A DNA stretch of 64,000 nt from Patescibacteria group bacterium (lineage in GTDB: Bacteria > Patescibacteriota > Minisyncoccia > UBA6257 > JAAZHW01): NCBI GenBank assembly GCA_026415775.1, contig JAOAGL010000001.1, positions 6,282-70,281 on the forward strand, in the 5' to 3' direction. Of this stretch, positions 47,256 through 56,023 are shown piece by piece (within the stretch, counting starts at the first letter, position 1; every line of letters begins with the position of its first letter). Below the pieces are notes generated by a model that saw only the letters and a program-made list of their open reading frames with translations, searched no databases and was not told where the DNA came from. A program made the translations under genes and the position numbers.

Positions 47256-49769
47256 TTAAAAAAGTTTATCCCATTGCTCTTGTTCAACTAAATTAATAAA
47301 TTCCCTTACATCAGTCGCGTAGCGCGAATCAACTTTGAGAACTTGCTGGGCGTATTCAATAGCTTTTTCTTTGTTATGTAGTTGAGCATAAGCAGCAGCT
47401 AATTTGATAAGAATTTCCAGGCGATTTTTTTGATATTGATTGGCTTTTTCTAAATAATTTATTACTTTATTGATGTGATCGGCGTCTTTTGGTGGATTGC
47501 TAATTTCTATAAAAACAGCTAAATCAATTAAACTTTTTACTTTGTTTAACAAAATCCCTTTTTGAAAGGCATTTAATTTTTCATTTTGGAGCAATTTTTC
47601 GGTTTTGCTAATTTCTTCATCAATTAAACCAATCATTTTTCCTCTGGTTTGGAATAAAGTTATTTGCGAGACAACATTCATTATAAAATCAGAAGATTTT
47701 TCTAGATAAAATTCATAACCATTATCAAAAGCAGTATTTATATATTCAAACACTTCTTCTTCATTTTTCCCATCTTGAATGGCTAAAATTGCTTTTAACC
47801 ACCATGCTGGCGCGTATTTCGGAGTTTTTTCCAAAAGCTCCGCTAGCTCTTTTTGCGTTTTCTCTTTTGATGGTTGACTTAAAACATATTGCATCAAAAA
47901 ATCACTTCTTTTAGAATAATTTTTCTTTAAAAATCCAAAATATTCGTCCATTTCACTATAATACTTTTGCCTTTCTTCATCAGATAAATTAGGTTGCTTG
48001 GGCATTTGTGAGGCAATGTAAGATAAATAAACATAAAAATCTACCATTGGCTCGCGTTTATAACCAGACAATAATTGTTCTTTAATTTTTTCATAAAAAT
48101 TAACCACTTGATTTTTATCGGCTTTAATCTGGCCAGAACTACTATATGTTAAATAGGAAAAGAAGTAATCAGCCCATGGTTTTTTAATTTCGGTATTGAT
48201 AAAAGTATTGAGCTTTACCGCTTTTTCAAAAGTTTGGAATCTCCCTGCTAAATCCTGCGGATTAACCCGATTAGCTTCATAAACCAATTGGGCAGCTTTA
48301 TAAGGTTTATAATCAACATGGTAAAAAATAAAAGCGGCAATTAATAAAATTATTCCAATAATTAATAAATCCAAAACATCAAAAGCTTTTTTTGGAATAA
48401 ATATTTTTTGCTCTATTTTCTTCTCTGATGAAACTTTTTTAATCTTTATATCTTCCGTCGATAAATTAACAAAAGCTAAAAAGAAAAAGAAAAAGATAGA
48501 ATTGGCCGGCGTATCAAAAACAAAAAAATTATGAACATTATAAGCTATAAAAAGCGAGAAAATAAGAATCCAGCTAATCTTATCTTTAAAGGTTTCTGAT
48601 AATTTAATCTTTTTGAAAATTAAATAGCCAACCACCGCCAACAAAAACACATAAGCCAAAAATCCAACAATCCCATTCATTACTAAAACATCAAAAAATT
48701 TATTATGCGCCCTATCAAAACGCTCATGGCTTAAAGCGTAATCATTAGCATCGTAATGACTATCAAAAACAGCGTAATACATATCCTGTCCATAACCAAA
48801 AATCGGTCTTTCTTTCCACCAATTAAAACTACGCTGCCAATTTAAAATACGAGCGCGAGTGGAAGCATCTGATAAAGAAATACTAGCTAAACGTCCAATA
48901 AAAGGAATTTTTTCGCTGATAACGCTTTTTTGAATTTGCGGTTGAAAAACAAAAAATAAAATACCTAAAATAACAATGGCGCCAGAAACAAGAGCGCTAA
49001 TTTTTTTATATTGTTTATTGGGAATAGTAAAAATACTCAAAATCAAACCAACGAATAAACCAAAAACTAAGCCTAAAATTGAGCCGCGCGTCTGCGCCCA
49101 AAGAAAAACAAAAAAGGAAACTGCGCCCATTATTATTACCAGATTTTTTTGCTGTTTTAATTCGGCTTTGTGAGCAAAATTAAGATAATACCAGACAATC
49201 AAAAACAAATGCACCAACAAAAAACCAGCAAAAAAAGTTGGATTGCCAAAAACGCCGCCCGGTCGCGTTAAATTTTCACCGGTTGGGATAGCAACAATTC
49301 TGAAAACTTCCAAAATAGGAAAAATAGCACCGAAAAAACTAATACAAATTGAAGTAAAAACTAATTTGCGAATTGCTTCTTTATCATTGAAAAAAATTGA
49401 AGAAATAGCTAAAAAGAAACCATAAAAATGAAGTAATGAAATAAAACCTTCCATTCGCTCAGCATTGCCCCAAAAACTGCGATAAGGTACAAGGCTAAAA
49501 ATGCAGCTAATTAAAATAGCGAAATAAAAAACCGAAACAGCGATTGTTAATAAATTAAAGCGCGGTCGATATTTTTGAAAATTAATCAACATCAAAATTG
49601 CCCAAACAACTAAAAGCAAAAGTGTTGAAATTTGAAAAGGAAACATTTTGCCCAGAATAAACGGCCGCAAAATATTGGGCAAAAAAATCAAAGCAGAAAA
49701 CAAAGCAGCGGCCACCAAAAAGAATGCAACTTTTTTTAAATTATTTTCCAAAGAAATTAATTGACTCAT
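47256..49769 (-). CDS. O-antigen ligase (Wzy_C/O-OTase-like) family protein with C-terminal TPR
   Basis: GNPTFFAGF, TRGSILG, RPIFGYG, DRAHN...GIVG motifs; TPR-like tail. Confidence 0.85.
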   Translation of the reverse strand: MSQLISLENNLKKVAFFLVAAALFSALIFLPNILRPFILGKMFPFQISTLLLLVVWAILMLINFQKYRPRFNLLTIAVSVFYFAILISCIFSLVPYRSFWGNAERMEGFISLLHFYGFFLAISSIFFNDKEAIRKLVFTSICISFFGAIFPILEVFRIVAIPTGENLTRPGGVFGNPTFFAGFLLVHLFLIVWYYLNFAHKAELKQQKNLVIIMGAVSFFVFLWAQTRGSILGLVFGLFVGLILSIFTIPNKQYKKISALVSGAIVILGILFFVFQPQIQKSVISEKIPFIGRLASISLSDASTRARILNWQRSFNWWKERPIFGYGQDMYYAVFDSHYDANDYALSHERFDRAHNKFFDVLVMNGIVGFLAYVFLLAVVGYLIFKKIKLSETFKDKISWILIFSLFIAYNVHNFFVFDTPANSIFFFFFLAFVNLSTEDIKIKKVSSEKKIEQKIFIPKKAFDVLDLLIIGIILLIAAFIFYHVDYKPYKAAQLVYEANRVNPQDLAGRFQTFEKAVKLNTFINTEIKKPWADYFFSYLTYSSSGQIKADKNQVVNFYEKIKEQLLSGYKREPMVDFYVYLSYIASQMPKQPNLSDEERQKYYSEMDEYFGFLKKNYSKRSDFLMQYVLSQPSKEKTQKELAELLEKTPKYAPAWWLKAILAIQDGKNEEEVFEYINTAFDNGYEFYLEKSSDFIMNVVSQITLFQTRGKMIGLIDEEISKTEKLLQNEKLNAFQKGILLNKVKSLIDLAVFIEISNPPKDADHINKVINYLEKANQYQKNRLEILIKLAAAYAQLHNKEKAIEYAQQVLKVDSRYATDVREFINLVEQEQWDKLF

Positions 49770-49884
49770 TTTTTATTTATAACAATTAAAAGCGACAAGT
49801 ATATCTATTATTATAGATGATAATTTATTTTTTCCAAATTAAAAAAGCCCTTCTGGGGCTTTTATACTTTTATAGCAGAAAATT

Positions 49885-50706
49885 CTACAATCCTAATTCT
49901 TTTTTCAACTCATCAATAATCACCAAAGCATCCACACAACGATTGTTATTTAACAATTCATCAGCTTGTTTTAATTGAGAAATGATTCCTTCTTTGTCAT
50001 TATTGTCTAAACTTAAATAATCAACTATTTCTTTAAGCTGTGCCAAATCATTTTCTAAATAAACAGGGCAACGATTAATTTTATCCTCTGCTTCGGATTT
50101 TAAAGCAAAAACTTGATTTTCAACTTTTTCCAATTGATTTTGTATTTTTTCTACCTCGGTTGCCACCTCTTTTTTATTAACAGCCACTTGTTTCAAAGTT
50201 TCTTTTGCTTTATTTGTTTCTTTTTGTAATTGCTCAGATAGAGCCGCTAATTGCTGAGGATGTGAAATTTGTTTTAACTGTTGAGTTATATCTTCTAAAT
50301 TTTGCGTTAGGGTTTCAAAAGCCAATTGGTTATAATAATCGCCTACTTTTTTATTCAAATCATTCACCATCATCTGGGTGATGGCCATTTTTAAATCCAA
50401 TTTATATTGAGACGGCGCCAAAGCAATTATAGCTTTGTTCATTAAAATTTTAGCGCCATAAAGAGGGCTATCAATGGATGCTGTTTGGGCTAAATTAACC
50501 GCGCCACTCAATAAAAGCATTACAGCGCAAAAAACCGCTGCTAATTTATATCCCAAAGAAAAAACAAAAATAGGCGCTTTGGCGCTTTTTTGTTCTATTC
50601 TATCAATCTGAGCTATTAAAACTCTTTTACTGGAAACAAGCCATTCTTTATCTGGCTTTACCATTTTTAATTGTCTAATCCGCGCGATAATATCAGCTTT
50701 TTTCAT
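49885..50706 (-). CDS. Single-TM coiled-coil protein (DUF5667-like)
   Basis: One TM followed by SPLYGAKIL and a long helical region. Confidence 0.5.
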   Translation of the reverse strand: MKKADIIARIRQLKMVKPDKEWLVSSKRVLIAQIDRIEQKSAKAPIFVFSLGYKLAAVFCAVMLLLSGAVNLAQTASIDSPLYGAKILMNKAIIALAPSQYKLDLKMAITQMMVNDLNKKVGDYYNQLAFETLTQNLEDITQQLKQISHPQQLAALSEQLQKETNKAKETLKQVAVNKKEVATEVEKIQNQLEKVENQVFALKSEAEDKINRCPVYLENDLAQLKEIVDYLSLDNNDKEGIISQLKQADELLNNNRCVDALVIIDELKKELGL

Positions 50707-50756
50707 ATTTGCCTCTCTATAATATATAACGAAAAAAGCGGCAAAATATTACTACA

Positions 50757-52430
50757 TCAATATCCAAACCATTCACGATTGGCCACTACCCGTGTTAATG
50801 GCCCAAAATAACCCGTTGGCGGCAAGCCGTATTTTTGCTGATATTTTTGGATAGCGGCTTTTGTTAAATCCAAAAAGTTCCCCGTGATTAATCCGCCACC
50901 ATAAATACTCGGCTCTTTCTCTGACAACATCTTTTGCAAACATTTCACATCATTATCATTCTTTAAACCATAATACAAATCTCTCTGAAAACGCGAGCAG
51001 GAAATAGTTGTTTGATTTGTGGCATTTAATTGAGCAACAAGCATTGCTAATTGAGCTTTAAGTTGAGCAATGCGTTGATTAAGCATTTCAATTAAAGTGG
51101 AGTTATTAGAAACACTGCTTGAAACTTGCGCGTCATATTTAAATAAAGCGCTACCCGCTGAATTATTAGTAATAAGAGGCAAAAGATAAAGCGCGTTAAT
51201 ATTAACACCGAAATCAGAAATAGAAATCGTCCCTTTATTGTTGTCTTTATTAGAAACTGTTTCTATTTTTTTATTATTCGCTTTATCAACGCTGATATAA
51301 GTTAAAACAAACTGCGTATCCTGCGGAAATTCATAATAAACTTTTAAATCGCCTCGACCGCCGCTGATTTTAATCCAAGTGCCAGCGTATAAATTTAGAT
51401 AGCTATTGGCGGTTAAAGAAGCAGTACCATATTCAGGCAAATAAGTGGTATAAGGGTAGATGCGGAAATTGCTCAAATTAGGATTATCAAAGCAATAAAG
51501 CTTACCCAAAGAACAATCATTAAAAAGCATCGCAATTAACCAATTGCGAAAAAGAGTATTAAAATCTTCTGAATAACCATTTTTTGCCAAAGCGTAATTA
51601 ACCGAAGCAATGCCAGTTAAATTAGAACGCAGCGAATCAACCAAAATTTTAATGCCATATTTCTCAACAATATATTCAGCCAAAAGATGAACAGCCGCAT
51701 AATCACTATTTGTCCCTTTGAATTCCAACAACGAAAAATTGGGATTTTGACGCAAAGCATTCAGACGTTTTTCTAAAATACTGCCAGCTAAATTATTGTT
51801 ATAACCTAAAAAAGTGGAAAAATAATCTGAGCGCGCTTCTGCCAGCCAACGCTCATCTTCGGAATTAACAAAAATGCCTTTTTGATTAAACGAAATGAGA
51901 TGTAAAACTTCATGAGCAAGATAATAGCCGATTTGCTGAGGAGGTGTATCTAAAAAAATCGCGGTATTTAAATAAACCATCTCGTGCTGATTGGAAAAAT
52001 TATTGGCTGAAGCGGGCAATGAATCAACAAAGCGAGCATAACCAAGAAAATTTTCTTTTAAGGGATGAATTAAAATATAAATGCGGGTGTCATTATCATA
52101 ACCAGGGATAGCCTCGGAGCCAAAGGTTGCTGTAATTTTCGGATAATCATAGTTTTCAAAATAACTGGCTAAAGAGAAAATTTTGGCATTGATATTATTT
52201 TGGTCAGTAAACGTAAGGCTTTGCCACCAATTGGTATCAATGTAGAAATTGAGTTTATTAGTTTGATAAATGAGAATAGCGTTTATTTGATTGCGAGAAT
52301 AATAATCATAATCGCTTTCAACATAAAAAACGCTCTGCGAATTAATTGATTGAGCAGAAACAAAAAGCGGCGCAAACAAAATTAGCATTGAAATAAAAAT
52401 AAATTTCCAATTTTTGGTCTTTTTCGCCAT
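50757..52430 (-). CDS. Secreted HExxH metallopeptidase-like protein with C-terminal peptidoglycan-binding domain
   Basis: Signal peptide, AHEVLHLISF...WLAEARS, tail FQRDLYYG...DVKCLQ...TGYFGPLTR; ATG 52430 follows TTGAAA-17-TATAAT by 7 nt. Confidence 0.78.
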   Translation of the reverse strand: MAKKTKNWKFIFISMLILFAPLFVSAQSINSQSVFYVESDYDYYSRNQINAILIYQTNKLNFYIDTNWWQSLTFTDQNNINAKIFSLASYFENYDYPKITATFGSEAIPGYDNDTRIYILIHPLKENFLGYARFVDSLPASANNFSNQHEMVYLNTAIFLDTPPQQIGYYLAHEVLHLISFNQKGIFVNSEDERWLAEARSDYFSTFLGYNNNLAGSILEKRLNALRQNPNFSLLEFKGTNSDYAAVHLLAEYIVEKYGIKILVDSLRSNLTGIASVNYALAKNGYSEDFNTLFRNWLIAMLFNDCSLGKLYCFDNPNLSNFRIYPYTTYLPEYGTASLTANSYLNLYAGTWIKISGGRGDLKVYYEFPQDTQFVLTYISVDKANNKKIETVSNKDNNKGTISISDFGVNINALYLLPLITNNSAGSALFKYDAQVSSSVSNNSTLIEMLNQRIAQLKAQLAMLVAQLNATNQTTISCSRFQRDLYYGLKNDNDVKCLQKMLSEKEPSIYGGGLITGNFLDLTKAAIQKYQQKYGLPPTGYFGPLTRVVANREWFGY

Positions 52431-52481
52431 TTTCTTGATTATAAAATAAAAGAGGTGGTGTTTCAATGATTTGAAAAAGAA

Positions 52482-52512
52482 AAGCGGCTGCGTTGTTCCA
52501 ACGCAGCCGCTT
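52482..52512 (-). terminator. Intrinsic terminator
   Basis: AAGCGGCTGCGTTG-TTC-CAACGCAGCCGCTT with T-rich tail on the minus strand. Confidence 0.85.
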
Positions 52513-52516
52513 GAGT

Positions 52517-53350
52517 TCAATTTTCCTCCCTAAAGTCCCGCAGGGACATGCCCCGCGGGTTTCTTTCTACATCATCCTCTGCGCGGAGAGGAAGCTTTTT
52601 TCCTCTCCTTTTTTCTACTTTTTTTTCTACATCGACCTTGACCTTCTTCTGCTCCCGGTCTGATGGTACTTCAACGGGAACGGGATCAGGAAGAAATGGC
52701 TGAGAGTGAGGGGAAGGCTGCTGGGGCTGTGGAGGGTTCATCCTCGGCCGAGGAGTACTCGACCGAAGAACATTCTCCAATCCCTTTTCCCACTGGGGAT
52801 TGGAGATGCGATCGGGCTCGAAAAGCTCGACCGCCACTTCTAGAAGTTCCTCCGTGACCTCGCCGCGGAGAAACTCCCGGAGTCCCTCCTTGTCCCGCAC
52901 AAAGTGCGGGACATCAATCGCTACCCGCTCCTTTTGCAGGAGCTGGTAACGAGCCCCCTGGCGGACTACTGCAAGGTAATCCGCCACTAGTTTTCGGCCA
53001 TGGAACCGCACCACGGTTCCATTCCGAAAAACTATGAGCCATTTCTCCAACTTTTGATTAAAGCGGGGAGTGACTCTTTTGCCTTCCCCTACCAGCACCA
53101 CCCAGCCACGAGGGCCAGGAACGGCCAGCGAGAGCTGAAACCAGTGAGGCTGCCCTAGTTGGGGCAGTATCACCCACGGTTTCACCTCCCCTGTGGAGAG
53201 GATTTCGCACGGGATTTTCACCCGTGCATCCTCACCAAGGTAGACGCCCTGCAGGGCGCCTCCCTTGATTCTCTGCCGAATTTCTCGGCAGAATTCCTGC
53301 CCGAGCCGCTCCCAGACGGCCCAACATCTTAAAAATTTTAAGCCTATCAT
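52517..53350 (-). CDS. Hypothetical protein (GC-rich ORFan, Pro-rich C-terminal linker)
   Basis: 277-aa ORF with SD AAGGAGG, promoter TTGACT-17-TATTCT and terminator. Confidence 0.7.
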   Translation of the reverse strand: MIGLKFLRCWAVWERLGQEFCREIRQRIKGGALQGVYLGEDARVKIPCEILSTGEVKPWVILPQLGQPHWFQLSLAVPGPRGWVVLVGEGKRVTPRFNQKLEKWLIVFRNGTVVRFHGRKLVADYLAVVRQGARYQLLQKERVAIDVPHFVRDKEGLREFLRGEVTEELLEVAVELFEPDRISNPQWEKGLENVLRSSTPRPRMNPPQPQQPSPHSQPFLPDPVPVEVPSDREQKKVKVDVEKKVEKRRGKKLPLRAEDDVERNPRGMSLRDFREEN

Positions 53351-53476
53351 TTTAAACCTCCTTTTAAATTTTCAAACAAGGTGTGGCCCGGGCCGACAGC
53401 CCTGACGGTTCACCTTGCGCTGATTTAAGAATATCATAAAAACTCAAAAAAGTCAATATAAATAAAAAGGAGGGAC

Positions 53477-54070
53477 TTAGTCCCTCCAACGATCGGGTGA
53501 GGAGGATGTTAAATCCTCCTTCACCCACACTGAGTTCCTTTCCAGAATGGAAAGGAACTCTTCGTACGTCCGCGGTCTTTTCAAACCGCGGACGTAAACA
53601 ATCACCTCCCGCGGAGCGCGGGAGGGATTGTGGTCCCAGGAGGTTAAATACCTTAACCTCCCGGCACCATCTCTCTTGATGCCATTAATGGCATCAAGAG
53701 AGACCCCCAGCCTCTGGAGGACCTTCTCCAGGTCCTCCATAGACCGGAAGCACCACATTGCCCTAAAGGGCAACTGGTGCTCCCGGCAATATCGCCGGGG
53801 GAAATCTCTGTCTTCCTCCACAGGAGGAAGACAGAGGACTTTGTGTGGGGAAATCCGGTAAACTCTACCGGATTTCACCTTCCATAACCCTCCTCCGCGG
53901 GAGGAGGAAATAATCCTTCCTCCCGTACCCACTTCCAGGATCCACCCGGAAGTGGGGTCCTGGGGATCCGGGACCAGAATCATTCTGGCTCCAGAATCCC
54001 CCTTCCGAATTACTTGCGGCCCAGCCGCAAGCAATTCGGAGGAAACCAGAATTTCAAAAAAATTTGCCAT
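53477..54070 (-). CDS. Hypothetical protein (GC-rich ORFan)
   Basis: SD AAGGAGG 5 nt before ATG 54070 (MANFFEIL); promoter TTGACT-17-TATAAT; hairpin GGAGGGACT/AGTCCCTCC at the stop. Confidence 0.7.
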   Translation of the reverse strand: MANFFEILVSSELLAAGPQVIRKGDSGARMILVPDPQDPTSGWILEVGTGGRIISSSRGGGLWKVKSGRVYRISPHKVLCLPPVEEDRDFPRRYCREHQLPFRAMWCFRSMEDLEKVLQRLGVSLDAINGIKRDGAGRLRYLTSWDHNPSRAPREVIVYVRGLKRPRTYEEFLSILERNSVWVKEDLTSSSPDRWRD

Positions 54071-54238
54071 TTTTTCCTCCTTTTCCCCCACCTGCCTTAC
54101 GGTCAGGTGCCCACCTTTTTCTAAACAAAAAAAGGTGGGGTTTTAAGGGTTATTTTTTTAAATGGCTACATATATTATATCATAAAAAATTCAAAAAGTC
54201 AATAGAGTGCCAATTCAAACTAAAAAAGAAAAGCGGGT

Positions 54239-54445
54239 CTAAAAACCCGCTTTTTTCCTAAATTTTTCTCTTTCTTTCTCCTTTCTGTCCTCTAGGACAG
54301 AAAGGAGAAGTATCAGCAACACAGAAGCCAACATTAACCCCCCTGTTAGCGCCGTCCACCCTATCTTCTCCTGCCCCCACGGCCGAAAGCCGAAGAGGAG
54401 GAGATTTTCAATAATTAACAAAAACAATAAAAAATATTTCATCAC
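54239..54445 (-). CDS. Small two-TM membrane protein with charged C-terminus
   Basis: Two hydrophobic segments, EDRKEKEREKFRKK tail; SD AAGGAGG. Confidence 0.65.
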   Translation of the reverse strand: MMKYFLLFLLIIENLLLFGFRPWGQEKIGWTALTGGLMLASVLLILLLSVLEDRKEKEREKFRKKAGF

Positions 54446-54457
54446 AACCTCCTTTTT

Positions 54458-55234
54458 TTATTTTAGAAAGTTTGAATACGTAATTATAGCAAGAACATAT
54501 GCTAAATCGTGATTGTAACTTAAAATAGCCTCCTTCTGCCTATAAAAATCACCTCTCTTCCAACCATGAGCACGCAGATAACGAGCAACGCTCATAACCG
54601 CGTCATCAACCTTATTCAAATCAACTCTACCATCGCCATCTCCATCAACCCCATACTGCAGGTAAGAAGATGGAAGAAATTGAGGCAGGCCGAACGCGCC
54701 CATATAAGATCCACTATAGTTATATGGATCTTCATGATTTTTTCTAGCTATCAAAAACAGATTAAGCATCTCTTTTTCCGCAAAATCCGCTCGAAAATCC
54801 AAAATAAGCATTGAATAAAAGGTTGATATCAGACGACGTCTACCAACAAAACTGCCAAAATTCGTTTCCAACCGAAGAATAGCCACAATCACTTCTTTGG
54901 ACACTTGAAATTCTTTTTCGGATCTTTCCAAAACTGATTTGTTTTCTGTAAGAAATTCCCGACCGCGAGCAATGGAATTCAGTGAAAACAAACCAAATGC
55001 CGCTTCAAAATAATCTACCTTCTTCTTTTTGAGTTCCCCAATATCATTATAAAATTCCAACCGCGGATCGGAAAAAATTTTCTCCAGCTCAGAACGCGCA
55101 AATCTCTCTTTCTCTAATTTTTTTACTGCTCTTTCTAAAGCTGGCGGGAATTCTTTTTCTTCTCCCAGAAGAATTATGGCCAACAGTGCCAAAAATAATA
55201 AAAGCAACAGTGCTTTCTTTCCTTCATCTTTCAT
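54458..55234 (-). CDS. Lytic murein transglycosylase (MltB/SLT_2 family)
   Basis: AILRLETNFG (catalytic Glu), GSYMGAFGLPQFLPSSY, VDGDGDGRVDL, SVARYLRAHGW, YNH motifs; N-terminal anchor. Confidence 0.92.
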   Translation of the reverse strand: MKDEGKKALLLLLFLALLAIILLGEEKEFPPALERAVKKLEKERFARSELEKIFSDPRLEFYNDIGELKKKKVDYFEAAFGLFSLNSIARGREFLTENKSVLERSEKEFQVSKEVIVAILRLETNFGSFVGRRRLISTFYSMLILDFRADFAEKEMLNLFLIARKNHEDPYNYSGSYMGAFGLPQFLPSSYLQYGVDGDGDGRVDLNKVDDAVMSVARYLRAHGWKRGDFYRQKEAILSYNHDLAYVLAIITYSNFLK

Positions 55235-55254
55235 TGCCTTCCTCCTTTTTTAAT

Positions 55255-55557
55255 TTAATTAAAGTATTTCGTTAGCAAAATTTTTCTAAATCCATTTTTC
55301 CACATAACCTCCATAGCCTGCAACTTTCCTCCTCCAAAAAGCACTCTAATCCCAAAAAATTTTGGTTCGCCATCCTTAAATCTAGTTAGTCCAATAACAT
55401 GACCCTCCTTTAATTTTGTAAAATCTACTTTGCTTAACCATTCGGAAACTTTATTGGCATCTTCTTCGGAAATTTCTTTTTGCACAAAAAGCAGGTCCAA
55501 AATCTTTATTGCTTCTTTTTCAATTTCTTCAATAAAATCATCAGTCAGTTCTTTCAT
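55255..55557 (-). CDS. Hypothetical protein
   Basis: 100-aa ORF with SD AAGGAGG and upstream TTGACT promoter. Confidence 0.65.
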   Translation of the reverse strand: MKELTDDFIEEIEKEAIKILDLLFVQKEISEEDANKVSEWLSKVDFTKLKEGHVIGLTRFKDGEPKFFGIRVLFGGGKLQAMEVMWKNGFRKILLTKYFN

Positions 55558-55673
55558 TTTCTCCTCCTTTTTATACCCGAACCTTAAATGGGTTGGGCAT
55601 TTAATTATTAAAAAGCTGCCTATATTTCAGCATAAAAATTTTAAAAAGTCAATGGTTTGAATAAAAAATAAAA

Positions 55674-55701
55674 GCCCCAGCTCTTCGAGAAGAGCTGGGG
55701 C
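55674..55701 (-). terminator. Strong intrinsic terminator of the mini-transcript
   Basis: 12-bp stem GCCCCAGCTCTT/AAGAGCTGGGGC followed by TTTTATTTTTT on the minus strand. Confidence 0.88.
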
Positions 55702-55775
55702 CGTTCCGTACCTTTTTTTACGCCCCCGGAATTTTGGGGCAACCTCCTACTGATAGGAGGGTTGTTAAAAAATAA

Positions 55776-55808
55776 CTAGTCCGGTGCCAATGGCCTTTTG
55801 GCCATCAT
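55776..55808 (-). CDS. Candidate 10-aa small ORF MMAKRPLAPD
   Basis: AAAAGGAGGTGAGA directly before tandem ATGs; sits between a consensus promoter and a terminator. Confidence 0.45.
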   Translation of the reverse strand: MMAKRPLAPD

Positions 55809-55839
55809 TCTCACCTCCTTTTTTAAAATATCTAAACTA

Positions 55840-55868
55840 ATTATATCATAAATTATTTTTTAAGTCAA
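55840..55868 (-). promoter_or_regulatory. Sigma70-type promoter with extended -10
   Basis: TTGACT-17 nt-TATAAT with TG immediately upstream of -10. Confidence 0.8.
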
Positions 55869-55950
55869 GGGTGGAAAATTCAACGAATTTCCCCTGCTTT
55901 GGGAATCTTTGTTTTTTTATTAGTTAATAATCGCCAGAAATTATAAATAA

Positions 55951-55980
55951 AAAACTGCTCCCGCCGAAAGGCGGGAGCAG
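55951..55980 (-). terminator. Terminator of the S-layer-like gene
   Basis: CTGCTCCCGCC-GAAA-GGCGGGAGCAG with T-run on the minus strand. Confidence 0.9.
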
Positions 55981-56023
55981 CCAAAGCTGGGATTAACCCA
56001 GCCAACCCCTCAAGGAAAGGGTG

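Noticed and set aside
52517-55557. Prophage interpretation of the GC-rich ORFans plus MltB
   Set aside because: No integrase, terminase, capsid or tail genes, and units have separate promoters and terminators.
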